Shown here in pieces: positions 1 through 12,394 of a DNA stretch of 64,000 nt. The stretch lies in assembly GCA_030390025.1 (NCBI GenBank), contig CM059430.1, positions 75,144,001-75,208,000 on the forward strand. Reading direction: 5' to 3'. Numbering within the stretch: the first letter of the stretch is position 1; each line of letters begins with the position of its first letter. Position numbers and translations under genes: made by a program. The DNA comes from Squalus acanthias (lineage: Eukaryota). The notes under the pieces are model-generated. The model saw nothing but the letters and a program-made list of their open reading frames with translations, had not been told where the DNA came from and did no database searches.

Positions 1-484
1 CCAGTGTCTGGGTCCCTTCGATCAGTTTTCTCTCCGATGGTGTTCAGGAAATATGATACCACCAGGATTTGAACATCATAATACAATTTTTTTACAACTA
101 GTTGAAGGAAAATTTCGGACACTAATGCATTTTGCTTGAACAGGCGCATTGCAGTTATTCTACAAATGTGTGAGTAAAAGGTTCGTTTTTGTAGCTCCTA
201 AAGTTTTACAACAGTAAATAGCCATCACAGTAATTTAAAACTCCACTAAAATAGAGACAACATACGAAACTTTCTGAATGTTAGTTTTGCAAAAGATCAT
301 AAGCATCACGAAAATGTAAAAGTAGAGTTTGCATTGACCGATACTTAATGATACTAAATGATACTAGGAGGATGTCCCATTTTGATGTATGCAAATTAGG
401 TAAGTATCTATCGATTAGGAAATATGCAATACGGTGCAAAACAGGTTAATTTATTTATTTAAAAATTCAATCCAATGCATTAAT

Positions 485-1237
485 GGCCCAAATATTCCGA
501 CGCCTACGGGTAGGTACGAGCTGTGCACCCACCCATCGGGACATCGGAAATGCCGGTTACAGGCATGCGCAGCGCATGCGCTGAAAACCGGCATTTCTGA
601 TCTGTCAGGAATGGTCTTGACAGATCCTCTGGCTGCCCCAGAGAAGGGCCGCTGCGGGCGGATAGTTCCGCTTTTTGGAGACCCTCCGAACGCAGAAAAC
701 CCTTACAATTCTTAAGCCTAGCAAAAGCAGGAGTAATGCCTGCTTTTACCAGGATAAGAGTTGAAAAAAAAGTTTTTAAAATATTTCACTGATTTATCAT
801 TTAAAAATACCTTAAAAAAAGATAAGTTCACTTTTAGCCCTGTAAAAACTGTAATTATTTTTTTCAAAAAATTAAAGTTGTGTTTAAAATAATTAGGTTA
901 TTCTAATTTCAAGTCATTTTAAAAATGTGATTATTTTTAAATGTATTGAAATTTTTACTATGTTTTTGGGTGATCTTCATTCACATATTTGACAGGTCGT
1001 CCTGTCACGTGTATGAAGTGAGATTCCCTTCTTTGATTGGCTCCCCATGGCCCACATGATCCCAGGAACGCTGCGAACTTCATGCGCCTCTGGGATACGT
1101 GGGCCCTGTGCATTTGGAGTTTAGATTGGCCTAGGAGCGGAAGCGTGTGCATCCCGGGAGGCCTAAGGTAAGGGCGTAGATTTATCCAGATGTCAGGCCT
1201 CCGCCCGCGTGAGGCCTGCGATCGGAAAATATGGGCC
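485..1237. mobile_element. ~750-bp non-autonomous TIR element (MITE, probably PIF/Harbinger superfamily), copy 1
   Basis: Ends ggcccaaatattccga / tcggaaaatatgggcc, AT-rich core. Homologous copies elsewhere in the window. Confidence 0.75.
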
Positions 1238-2291
1238 ATTATATTCTAAGATACCTGAACAACGAGCAAAGTACAGTTTATATGTGATTCATTACTTGCA
1301 ATTATGTACTTTTGGTAAAATATGTAATTAAAACATATATAATGATCTGAGATTATCACAGTATACTCGGGTTCAATTCCAATTCTATCTTCAGGTGTTA
1401 ACGGGCAGGTAACGGCCACATCATGAGATTGGTAGACCTCCCGCCCATTTAACACGACAAAGAGGCCCCTATACATTTTGAAAGGGGCGTTCCGCAATAT
1501 CCGGAGAGCTTCCTATTTGCGTTGGTAACCCCAAGCCCTTTTAACATGCAAATAGCGTTCCTCTAATCGAAATTGCTATTTTAGGGCAGAACTGGTTGAA
1601 ACCTGCGCTTAGCAGATTCCAAGGTGTTCCACGAACCACAGATCCAGAGAGAGCCAGACAATCGAGAGTGGATTTATTTGTGTGGCTCCCGGAGGAGCAC
1701 GGGAGCTGCTCTGGGCCCCACAGAATTATTTGGCCTGCTACTGCCGCCTCGGAACCAGGTTCGCGGAGAACGAACGTACCTTGCTGGCGGCTGGGGTGGC
1801 CCTCAATCCAGAGCGCAATATCGGTAAACCCGTTTGGTGCCTGGCAGATTAATGACACCAGTACCTCAAAATCGTGCCCGCCTCTTTGCCTCGGCTGCGG
1901 ACGGTCGGCTAGCAGGCACTGTCTGTCAGTCGCCTGCCCTAATGTTAAATTAGCCCCTGTACAGTACAAGCCATTCGCCCATCAAGTCTGTGTCGGTACT
2001 TTACCCTGCAGCAGATCCATCGCGTGTTAGTGTCAATTCTGCCGATGATGTGAAACGGTCGATAACAGATTCGTGACCCGTTATAGACCAACCACATTCT
2101 TCCATTCACTCAAATCCATGAAAGGAGAAATCGGGCGGAGTCTATAATGTGCGGCCAACTCCATGACGCCCATTTTACATCATCGCCCAATATTAAAATG
2201 ATCCTGCAATCTTCTTTCGTTCTTTTATTTGTTGTTCACTCGCTGTCCTGTCCAAGAGCTATCGCCCGTCAGTGATAAATGAATGTCTTAC

Positions 2292-2400
2292 CTTTCAAAA
2301 CAGTTGATCCAAAAATGATCCGCAATGATTATCGTCAGCATCAAAATGACCAATAGGCTCAATACCAACCGAACAACCATAACTGTCTTGTCAAGGGAAA
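2292..2400 (-). pseudogene. Gene C TM exon with intramembrane Arg
   Basis: VSLDKTVMVVRLVLSLLVILMLTIIIADHFWINCFE. Intact AG acceptor and AG|GTAAGA donor. Arg codon CGG at 2371-2369. Confidence 0.8.
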
Positions 2401-2586
2401 CTTGGAAATAAATACGAAACAGAAGTGAAAATCGGGCGGTTTATGTAAAAGGCGGCTGAGCTGAAACTCGACAATACTCTTCGACGCCAATAGAAACATC
2501 GATCCCATTGTAATCCTGTAGTGAATTTCACTTACAAAACTGTGAAGTTCTTTTGTTAAAAGTGTTAGTGAAGTTATTTTAATAGT

Positions 2587-3336
2587 GGGCCGTATTTTCC
2601 GACAGCCACGGGTGTGAACGAGGTGTGTACACACCTGCAGGTGCCTCGCAAGTGCCGGTTTCAGGCATGCGAAGCGCATGCGCTGAAAACCGGCACTTCC
2701 GATCTGTCAAGAATCCTCATGACAGATCCTCTGCCTGCCCTGCAGAAGGGCCTCTGCGGTGGAGAGTTCCGCCCCCTGCAGAACCTCCGCTCGCTGAAAA
2801 TCTTTAAAAATCCTATGCCTGACAAATGCAGGCTTAAGTCTTGCTTTTACCAGCATAAGAGTTCAAAAAGTAAAAAAATATTTTTTTCACTCATTTATAA
2901 ATTAAAAATACTTTTAAGAAAGGTAAGTTTATTTTTAGCCACGTAAAAAAACTTTAATTATTGTTTTCAAAAAAATTTTTTTTGTTTAAAATATTTAATT
3001 TAATGTAATTTTAAATAATTTTAAATACGTGATGTTTTGATTTTTATTTAATTTAATGTTTTAGTGTGTTTTTTGACTGATCCCATTCATACTTTTGACA
3101 GTTCGACCCGGAGAGACTTGTCAAAAGTTTCAAGGGGAATTTCCTTCATTGATTGGTTTACCATGGCCCACCTGATCCCAGGGACGGTAGGAACGGCCTG
3201 CGCTTCTGCGCGCCTGCACCAAAAGAGGCCCAGGAGCGGAAGTGTCGGTACCTAGGGAGCCAGCAGGTAAGTTCGTAGATTTTTACCAGATCGGAGGCAT
3301 CCGCAGCAGGAAGCCTCCGATCAGAAAATCCGAGCC
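2587..3336. mobile_element. Same MITE family, copy 2
   Basis: gggccgtattttccga ... tcagaaaatccgagcc, colinear with copy 1. Confidence 0.75.
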
Positions 3337-3638
3337 AATATTGTGTTGCAAAATGTATTTCAGAGAAAGAAAGAAATATGGCCTGCCATGCGTAAGCAGA
3401 GTTATTTGGGACTATATCCGTATTTCAACGGCTTTTGAATTCCGAACAATCAAGCTGACATTGGCTGAGACCGGAAACATCAGATGGACCTGTCTTATTT
3501 TCTCCGTAGAGATGACCTGACTCCGCATTTACACGTTACATTTACCTCTGGTGCTAAGCTAAATGTTTTCCCGCCGAAGCTACATCGCAATGTACACTTA
3601 TTTAACTCTAATTATTTATGAGGCTCTCGGCACATTAG

Positions 3639-3946
3639 CCATGTTAGAAGCCTCAACAATTAAGGTAATTTTAGCTGGACCCGTGAATGTGAGGTGAGAC
3701 ACTTGAGAAATATAAGCAGCTCATCTCCGGAAGGGCTGCGTCTCCTTCTAAAGGCTAGAAACTTCATAAACTCCGTTCATGTTCAACTTTGTGCTTGTCG
3801 CTATGCCGATCAAAATCTCCAGCGCATCTTTATACCAAGTGAGGTTGAGAGTAACGGGTAAACATCAATCGTTTTGCACACGAGATTCAGCGCAGATGAG
3901 TTTAATTCAGGTACTTTGGAGAAAATCATCAGCAGAGTTGGCGGGA
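3639..3946 (-). pseudogene. Gene C C1 exon (disabled)
   Basis: VPPTLLMI..LNLVCKTIDVYP(frameshift)TLNLTWYKD..NGVYEVSSL*KETQPFRR*AAYISQVSHLT. Second Cys changed to Ser, donor lost. Confidence 0.88.
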
Positions 3947-4150
3947 CTGTAGAAAAAAACAGATAAGAAATCGTATTTGGTCAATTTTGTACCTGTGTGT
4001 ATCAATTATCTTCTCTTTATTTGGAGCCCTTAAACAGGATAGCATTTATGTATTTTAATGTTGAATGACAGCCGCGAAATTGTATGCATTTCATAAAAAA
4101 ATAATTAACCAAGATAACTGTTTATTTGATGCGCAGTTTAATTTATGTTC

Positions 4151-4317
4151 AAACGTGAGAAGTCGCACAACACCAGGTTATAGTCGAACAGCTTTATTTG
4201 AAATCACAAGCTTTCGGAGCGCTGCTCCTTCGTCAGGTGAAGCTATTGGACTTTAACCTGGTGTTGTGCGACTTCTCACATTTGTCCACCCCAGTCCAAC
4301 AACGGCATCTCCGCATC
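4151..4317. mobile_element. Short Penelope-derived inverted-repeat insertion with hammerhead core
   Basis: 10-bp TSD atttatgttc (4141-4150 and 4318-4327), ~38-bp inverted arms, CTGACGA..GAAA on the - strand. Confidence 0.7.
4204..4240 (-). ncRNA. Minimal type-I hammerhead ribozyme motif
   Basis: TCAC-CTGACGA-A-GGAGC-AGC-GCTCC-GAAA-GC-T-T-GTGA: stem I TCAC/GTGA, stem II GGAGC/GCTCC, palindromic AGCT stem III. Confidence 0.6.
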
Positions 4318-4889
4318 ATTTATGTTCGGGGAACTTTAACTGCATAACATGAATTCATATCAATATGAATTGACATATATGCCTGTTCAAATGTCCCTTG
4401 TATATTGTATTGTTATAATTTGACAGTATTGTGAAAAGTTCAGTAGTTACAAATCCATTATAATTTTCCAAATTTGTATTTTGTTGATTTTTCATATAAC
4501 TGTCATAGTTGCCGTGCAATTCTCCATTATAGATTCTGAAGAAATATCAATCAAAGCTGTCACAATATAAATAGTAAATGTGTTATATTATGCAGTATTA
4601 AATATCCTCTACTTTAAAAGTATATGTTATAATATCCACCTATATTACAGTATATATATATATATATATATATTCAATATATTACATATAAAGATAATAA
4701 AATGTTAAGTCTATCACAGTATTAAATGGTATATATGTATTAGTATCCATAATAAACATGTTGCAACAAAAAATGCTAAATATTTTCTAGTATTAAATAA
4801 TAACATGTTAGTCTACAATGTTAAAATGGTACAGAATGATATAATAAATAGAGTAACCATATAAGATAGAACATTGTTGGAGCATAAAA

Positions 4890-5370
4890 AAGCAAACATG
4901 TTGCAGTATAAAGTTGAAAATATGAGGCATTATTAAATAGCAAATGCGTTGCTGTGTAAAATATCAAACATGTTGATGTATTAAGTAGCCAACATGTTGC
5001 CATAGAAAGTAGCAAATATGTTGCATTATAAAATAACAAATATGCTGCAGAATGAAATAGCTAATTTGTTCCTTACAAAATATCCAATATCTTGCAGTAT
5101 AAAATAGACAATATGTTACAGAATTAAATAACCAACGTGTTGCAACATCAAATGTCAAATACGTTGCAGAATAAAATACTAAATATGTTATAGCATAAAA
5201 CATCAAATATGTTGCAGAATAAAATACTAAATATGTTATAGCATAAAACATCAAATATGTTGCATTATAAAGTAGCCGATGTGTTGCATTATAATATAGC
5301 CAAAATGTTGCAGCATCAAATATCGAATATGTAGCAGTACAAAATAGTAAATATGTTACAGTATAAAATT
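4890..5370. repeat. 24-bp minisatellite (consensus ~aaatatgttgcagtataaaatagc)
   Basis: About 20 degenerate units, with a near-exact 48-bp dimer duplication at 5157-5252. Confidence 0.85.
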
Positions 5371-5605
5371 GAAATTAATATGAAAAATGAGAAGATTAAC
5401 CGTGATCGCAGAGGTTTTTTTCGACAGTTGTGCACACACCATTATTGCCTTTAGTACGTAGCGGATCCTTTTCTTTTAGCATGGAAATTGCCAGCAGAAG
5501 TCAATTTCATGTGGGGAGATATCTATCCCAGCAAATCCAGCACCTTCCTGCAGAGGTTATTGAGCCCAATCGTTTTGTAAGCAGAATTTGTGTCTGGGTG
5601 ATAAT

Positions 5606-6368
5606 GGGGCAGAAAGTCGTCTGTTGTCGGGTCAGTACGCTGTATGTACTCACCCGTGGACGGAAAGAAAGTGCCGGTTTCTTGCATGCACTGTGCATGC
5701 GCGGGAAACCGGCACTTCCGTTCCCCTGGTTAAAGGGGTTCAGAGGTCGAACGCGCTCGCCGGAGGGCCAACGCGTTCGCCTGGCACGTCTGATTTTTTT
5801 ACAGGTTCCTCCGTGAAGGTAAGCACGGAGAAGATGCACTTTGAAAAAGGATGCGCAAGGCCTTCTTTGAACAAGGTAAGTTTTGATTTTATTAAAATGT
5901 AAACATTTTATTTCACAGATTTATCTTTTTTAATTACTTTAAAGAAAGGTAAGTTTAGTTTTAACCCCGTTAAAAAATGTAATACATTTTTTCAAAAATT
6001 TAAATTTTTGCTTAAAATAGCTAATTAATGTAATTTATAGTTATTTTAAAAATGTGATTAAAAAATATATATTTGTAGTTTTAGGGATGTTTTGGGGCCG
6101 ATCGGTATTCATCGATTTGACAGGTCTTCCTGTCCAAACTATGAATGAAAGATGGTCTGCTGCCATTGGCTCTCCATGGCCCACGTGATCCCAGGGGACG
6201 CATCGCAATAACTACGCCCCTGGGATACACAAGCACTGCGCGCTGGCAGCTGCAGGAGTCCCAGGACCTGAAGTCCCCGTGGGCCCAGAGGTCAACGGCA
6301 GGCGCGGTAGGTCGGTGTGCGCGGGATCCTTGCACCCGCGGGAAGCGAGGGAGCCGAATTTCTGGCCC
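5606..6368. mobile_element. Related MITE, copy 3 (diverged)
   Basis: ggggcagaaagtcg ... cgaatttctggccc, with the same internal blocks. Confidence 0.65.
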
Positions 6369-7345
6369 ATTATATTCCATAGCAGCTGTATGTTTGCGTT
6401 TGACATCGCCAGAGCTGAGCGATGAATATCCAATATCACTTGGCCTTAGGCTGTGGGCTGCAGAATGGCGGTTCAGGGAGGGAAGCATCTGCTATTACAA
6501 CATGGAACACCTTTATGTTTCTAGAGGCTAAATATTTTAAATATATGTCCAGCTGAAGTCATATTAGACATTATTTTGTTTCCTGCTCGATGCCATATAA
6601 AATCGGTTAATTTGACCGTGCGAACTCACATGGTTTGAAAAAAATCAACAAAATCGTTGAACATCATCGTAATTTTGTAATTTCAGCCTTTAATTTGACG
6701 ACAGGAGATATGTTAAAGCAGAGCAGCTGCGGCGCAGAATAAATTGGGTACGTCTTTAATCTGCACTTAGGGCGTACAAAATAACTCTGTACAACCATAT
6801 CGGACCTTGAAATATTTTGAATTAATTTTAGGGTAATATTTCAAAAGTGTGAAACAAAAATGTCTCTTCGATTCTTTAACAGAAATTATATGCAACGCAA
6901 CTAGGCAAGGTTCCGGTATTTAAAAAAAACGAAGAAAGAATGATCAGCATGTAAAGCTGCAAAAGGATAGTGCGGATATTAGCCAGTGCACGCTCAGAGT
7001 TTGTAAAACAACCCACTTTTTAAAATAATATAGGCATTCATCTGTTTATTTTTAAATGAAGGGGTAGATCTTCAGTGGTGTTCAGAATGAGCCACTTGTT
7101 ATCGGCACAATTATCGGGCTGTTTCTACGATGCAAGCGTATTATTAACTATTTATTTAAATTATTTAGAAATTAGACGCCCGGATTTTCACTTCCATCGA
7201 CTTCAATTGGATACGAATTCAGTGAAGCTGCTGGGCGGAAAATTGAAGGCTAAGCCCAATATATCACTGCCGAAATATCCAGCACCCATACTTATTTTGA
7301 GATATCGGACATTTGAGGTTGCTTTCTTCACCCAGTTTCACTTAC

Positions 7346-7658
7346 TTTGATCGTTGAGCCTGTTCCATTTACAATCGTGCTACCCAGGGTTCTCACTCCG
7401 CAGTATTAGACCCCAGAGTCCGGCGCACTCATAACCAGGAGATGAAAGGCAACTCCTCCTTGGCAAAAAGCAGAAATATTTTCCTGCTGTCGCAGGCGGT
7501 TTGCAGAAAGTTACTATCTCCAAGTTTCCAACAATAAACACTCACATCTGAGTTATCTTGAAAAATGGGGAATGTGCAATAGACTGTAATGTTTGAACCC
7601 ACGAGCACGCTCCTGCATTCAGGAGCTTGGGAGACTCGAGACTGAGCGTCAATAGCAA
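7346..7658 (-). pseudogene. Gene C V exon (disabled)
   Basis: VSQAPE..ITVYCTFPIFQDNSDVSVYCWKLGD.., a frameshift near 7460, then PDSGV*YCGVRTLGSTIVNGTGS (TAA at 7408-7406). Acceptor reads CAT instead of CAG. Confidence 0.9.
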
Positions 7659-7776
7659 ATGTCAGGAAACACAACGATAATTATAAATAAAACATGAAAA
7701 TGGAATGCACGGGTCAAATTATGGACGGAGAAAGAGAGAGGAGAGGGAGGCAGAGAAAAAGAACAACAGAAAATAA

Positions 7777-7831
7777 CTGTGTACATAATCCACAGGAGCC
7801 GTATGGACTGAAGTACCCCGGCTACAAACAT
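7777..7831 (-). pseudogene. Gene C leader exon MFVAGVLQSIRLLWIMYT
   Basis: Hydrophobic leader. The phase-1 donor reads TT (ACAG|ttatttt) where gene B has AAAG|gtatttt. Confidence 0.65.
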
Positions 7832-9018
7832 GTTTAACAAGGGACATATGCCGCTTGCTGCGAGGAAGCACAAAGCTCTGGCAATAACCTGCGAGCTGAT
7901 GACATTCACCTGAAATGGCAGAGCCAATGAATGAGTTGATTTTAATGTGTAAATTGAGTGGGGGTAGCTGAACGCTCAGTGAGACCTGGAAGCTCGTCGC
8001 AATCTTAATAGTGTCCGTCATAATCCAGACCTCAGTGCGAAACTGTGTGCCGAATAAACGTGGTAGAAAATATCCTCTGGAAATCGGAAGCTTGGTGTTA
8101 GCTTCTTTACTTGATGTTAGCTCGTCAATATATACCAATTGTCTATTACCTGAGATGAAGATTTATTTCAGATGCAGTCACATCTCTACGGCCTATCCCT
8201 GTAACGACGTGCGCAAATATCTCAGAAACAACAATCCAGAAAATACAGGAACCTCTCAGCAGGTCGCTCAGCATTTGAGGAGAAATCACACGAGTTACCG
8301 TTCTGGGCGTAACCCTTCGTCAGAACTGGAAAAAAGAGGATGTTAAATAGCATCAGAACAACGGGAAAAGTTGGAAATCAAATCGCACCAGAGAAACAGA
8401 AGATATAGTCAGAGCTGCAATGTCCTGGAATAAAGCTTTAATGGCTGGAGTGATACTAATATTGAGTACAATGGAAAGGAAAGTCCGGCGAGGTTTAAAA
8501 AGGGCGGCTGATCCTCTATCACCCGTTTGTCATCTTGTGATCTGTCTCGATTTTTATTGCCATCCTGAGAGGTTTATAAAGGGCGTTTGATACCATTTCA
8601 CCCGTTTAATACTAGCGCCCACAGTCAACATTACATATCATTACAAGATTGAATCATAGAATCATAGACTCGTACAGGAAAGAGGGAGGTCATTAGACCC
8701 TTCGTGACTGTGCCGGATCGTTTAAAGAGTTATCCAATTAGTCCCAATCTAATGTCACGTTCCTATAGCCACGCAACTTATTCCCCTTCAAGAATTTATC
8801 CAATTACCTTTTGAAAGTTATTATTCAATCTACCGCCACCGTCCTTTCAGGCAGTCATCCCAGATCATAACAACCAGCTGCGTTAGAAAAAAATATCCTT
8901 ATGTCCCCTCTGGTTCTTTTGCCAATTACCTTCAATCTGTTTCCTCTGTTTACCGACCATCCTCTCAGTGGAAACAGTTTCTCCGAACTTACTCTATCAA
9001 AACCTCATGTAATTTTGA

Positions 9019-9208
9019 GAAGTCGCATAACACCAGGTTATAGTCCAACAGCTTTATTTGAAATCACAAGCTTTCGGAGCACTGCTTCACCTGACGAAGG
9101 AGCAGCGCTCCGAATGCTGGTGATTTCAAATAAAGCAGTTGGACTATAACCTGGTGTTGTGCGACTTCTCACATTTGTCCACCCCAGTCCAACACCGGCA
9201 TCTCCACA
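9019..9208. mobile_element. Second copy of the short Penelope-derived element, inserted in a CR1
   Basis: 14-bp TSD tcatgtaattttga (9005-9018 and 9209-9222). Arms near-identical to the 4151 copy. Confidence 0.75.
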
Positions 9209-9549
9209 TCATGTAATTTTGAACACCTCTATTAAATCCACGTTAACATTCTCTGCTCTAAGGAGCACAATGCGAGCTTGTCTAGCCTCTCCACATAACT
9301 GAAATCGCTCATCCCTGGCTCTATTCTAGTAAATCTCCTCTGCATCCTGGCCTAGGCTCTGACCTAAAGTCTGCTGAACAGAATAGCACACAGTACTCCA
9401 GCTAAGACCTAACCAATGATTCATAAAAGCTTAGCATAACTTCCTTGCTTTTGCACTCTATGCCTCAAATTATGAAACCAAGGATCACGTATGATTTTCT
9501 TAAAAGCCATTTCAACTTGTCCTGCCACCTACAAGTTTTGTAAAAAGAA

Positions 9550-9980
9550 AAAACCTAAGCCTTGCATTTCTATAGCGCCTTTGACGATCAGCGCAGGTCC
9601 CAAAGCGCTTTACAGCCAATGAAGTACTTTTTGGAGTCTAGTCACTGTTGTTATGTAGGAAACGTGGCAGTTAATCTGCGCACACCAAGCTCCAACAAAC
9701 AGCAATGCGATAATGACCAGATAATCTGATTTAGTGATGTTGATTGAGGGATAAATATTGGCCAGGACACCGGGGATAACTCCCGGTTCCTCTTCGAAAT
9801 AGTGCCATAGGATATTTTACGTTCACCTGAGAGAGCAGACAAGGCTTCCGAAAGACAGCACCTCCGACAGTGCAAAACTCCCATACTACTGTATGGAATG
9901 TCAGCCTAGCTTGTTGTGCTCAAGTCACTGGAGTGGGTCATAAACCCGCAAACCTCAGTCTCCGCGACGAAGGTGCTACC
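9550..9980 (-). mobile_element. Deu-domain SINE (SacSINE1/AmnSINE1-like)
   Basis: Contains gagggataaatattggccaggacacc and the tail ctatagcgcctt..cccaaagcgctttacagccaatgaagtac. Family name assigned from memory. Confidence 0.65.
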
Positions 9981-12394
9981 AATGGAGCCACGGCTGACAA
10001 TTATGTACGAAAAACGCAGGTCTCCATCCTCCTGCACCCTATTTAAAATGTTACCATTTCGTTTATATTGCCTCTCCTCATTCGTCCTTCCAGAATGGTC
10101 ACTTCAGACTTCTCTGCATTTAAAATTAATCTGACATGTTTCTGCCCATTTCACCAGTCTGTATATGTCCTCCTGAAGTCTGCTACTAAACTTCGAACTG
10201 TTCAGTACTTTTCCGAGTTTCGTTTCATCTACAAACTTTGAAATAATTCTCTGTCTACCCAAGACGAGGTCATTAAAATTTTTCAAAATAAGCAGTAGTC
10301 CTAATAACGTAGCCCAAGCAGTTACTACTGTATACATCCCTCCAGTCTGAACGGCAAGAGAACAAATTCAACCACACTACCCTCATCAACCCTTCCCTTT
10401 ACTTCATCAAAGAACTCAATCAAATTTGTCAGACACGATTTCCCTTTAACAAATCCGTGTTGGCTGTCATGTATTAATCACATGTTTCGATGTGAGAATT
10501 AATTTTGGCCAGGATTGTTTTCTCTAAATGTTTCACCAGCACCGACATCAGTTTAACTGATCTGCATTTACTGGGTTTAGCCCTCTCCCCTTTTTTGGAC
10601 AAGGGTGTAACATTTGTATACCTCCAGTCCTCTGCTAAAAGTACCATATCCAAGGCGATTGCAAGATTGTGGCTACTTGCGCGCTTAATTCCCCCAGCAA
10701 CGTCGTATGCATCCCATCTGGATCAGCTGACTTTTTTACTTTGAGTGTTGACAATTTTTTAAGTGACTGCTCTTTATCTAATTTAAAGATATCTAATTTA
10801 TCAACTCTCTTCTTTATTCTGACATTGAAAGGAACCTCTTTTTTGCAGCCAGATGCAAACTATTCCTTTAGTAGCTCAGCCATGCCCTCTTCCATCCATA
10901 AGAAGATCAATTGTTCTGTTCCTAATCGGCCCCAACCGTCCTTTGAATATGTTTCTAATATGTATATGTTTATACACGACTTTATTTTTCCTTTTTAAGT
11001 TACCTGCTAATCTTTTCTCACAGACTCTCTTTGCCACGCGTGTTTGCTTACTCAGTACTTCTTTGCACTTTTTGGTTTCTCTACTGTATAATAGATTTGA
11101 CTTTTACCATAAGCGTCCTTTTCCTGTTTAATTGTAATCTCTATCTTTTTATTAATCTCGGGCGATCCAGTTTTGAATTGTATTGTTTATACATCTTTCT
11201 AAATTTGCTTGGAGATTTGTTCCTCCAGGTTCTTCCCACATCGGATCAATTATGAAATGTGCAGAAAGTCGGCTCTTCTTAAGGTTTACCACAAAATAAG
11301 AGGGTTTTTAAATTTCTATGCAGGAAACCGAGTCTCCGCTCCCTGACTCCAGCTTTTGGTAATCCCATCTCCTTTTACCATTGCATTATTGGCTGTCCTT
11401 TAACCACAATGGCCCCACGTTCACTCCTTAAACCGGCTGCCTGTTCACCTCTCTCTCCCTCTTTAATACCCTCATTAAAATCTTCCTCTTTCAGCAAGCT
11501 TTTGTTTACACTCCATATTACTTCTTTCTATTCAGCGACCATTTTTGAATACCTCTCTGTGGAAACCATTGTGGGCGTTTTTCTAAGTTAATGGCACTGT
11601 ATGAATGCAATTTGCTACCGTAAATTACAAACAACTGGACAAAGTAATTCAACAGGGTTTCTTGCTAACAGGAGGAGTGTGGATAAGACGTTCATGAAGG
11701 ACTATTGCTCAATAACTACAATTTCATAATTAAGAAACCGTGGTCTATGTTTACATATCCGGTGCAGCTTCAAACTTATCAACAGCCCTGACTTTTCAAA
11801 CTATTCACATCTGTAATTATGGATCAGTTTCAGTGAAAACACTTCTACAAATAGGACACGTTGCATGTGTGCGCTTGAATGATAAATATTCTGATAACTA
11901 ACATCTCTTTATAGTATACAATGTTGCGTGAGAACTGTGTGCATAACTTTGCAAGGTAAGAGACTGTTTGTGATTATGTCCGTGACGATTAACAGATCTG
12001 TTCGATAAATTTTAGTGAATTAATTGATCAACACTGCCAATCAGCAAAATATGTTATTGTACGACTATAAATATACAATGCGTGGTTCCATCAGATATAC
12101 CGGATTTTCTTTGTAGGTTAATGTCCGTTGGTTTAGCATTCATTTCGCGCCAAGCGACAGTTTTCAGTTTTCCCAAAATGTCTGTGAGAGCTTTACATAA
12201 ATACATTTTCAGTGCAGTGGATTTTTGCCCAGATATTTCCCGTTATACTCTATTATGGATCCCACGGCCATAGCTATAGGGCCAATTGTGAGGAACGTCA
12301 GATCTGGAAGGAGATGTAGGCTAGGCTGGAGGCTCAGGTGGATGTCTCGCTGAGAGCTGAGAGGTGGAGACAGCACGCTCTACAGCTGGGAAAG

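Larger units (their letters stand above)
2292..7831 (-). pseudogene. Gene C: activating-type V-C1 receptor pseudogene
   Basis: Leader 7831-7777, V 7658-7346, C1 3946-3639, TM 2400-2292, in correct order on the - strand. Frameshifts, stops and mutated splice sites in leader, V and C1. Confidence 0.88.
8650..11130 (-). mobile_element. Degraded CR1 LINE with nested inserts
   Basis: RT-like peptides (ISKFVDETKLG, RLQEDIYRLVKWA) on the - strand, interrupted at 9019-9208 and ~9550-9980. Confidence 0.75.

Noticed and set aside
1239-1254. Possible last exon of gene C (gttcag|G TAT CTT AGA ATA TAA on the - strand)
   Set aside because: The phase fits a short tail, but 16 nt is too little evidence and it abuts a MITE.
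4821-5254. Repetitive hydrophobic ORFs (YAITYLVFYSATYL)
   Set aside because: Translations of the 24-bp minisatellite.
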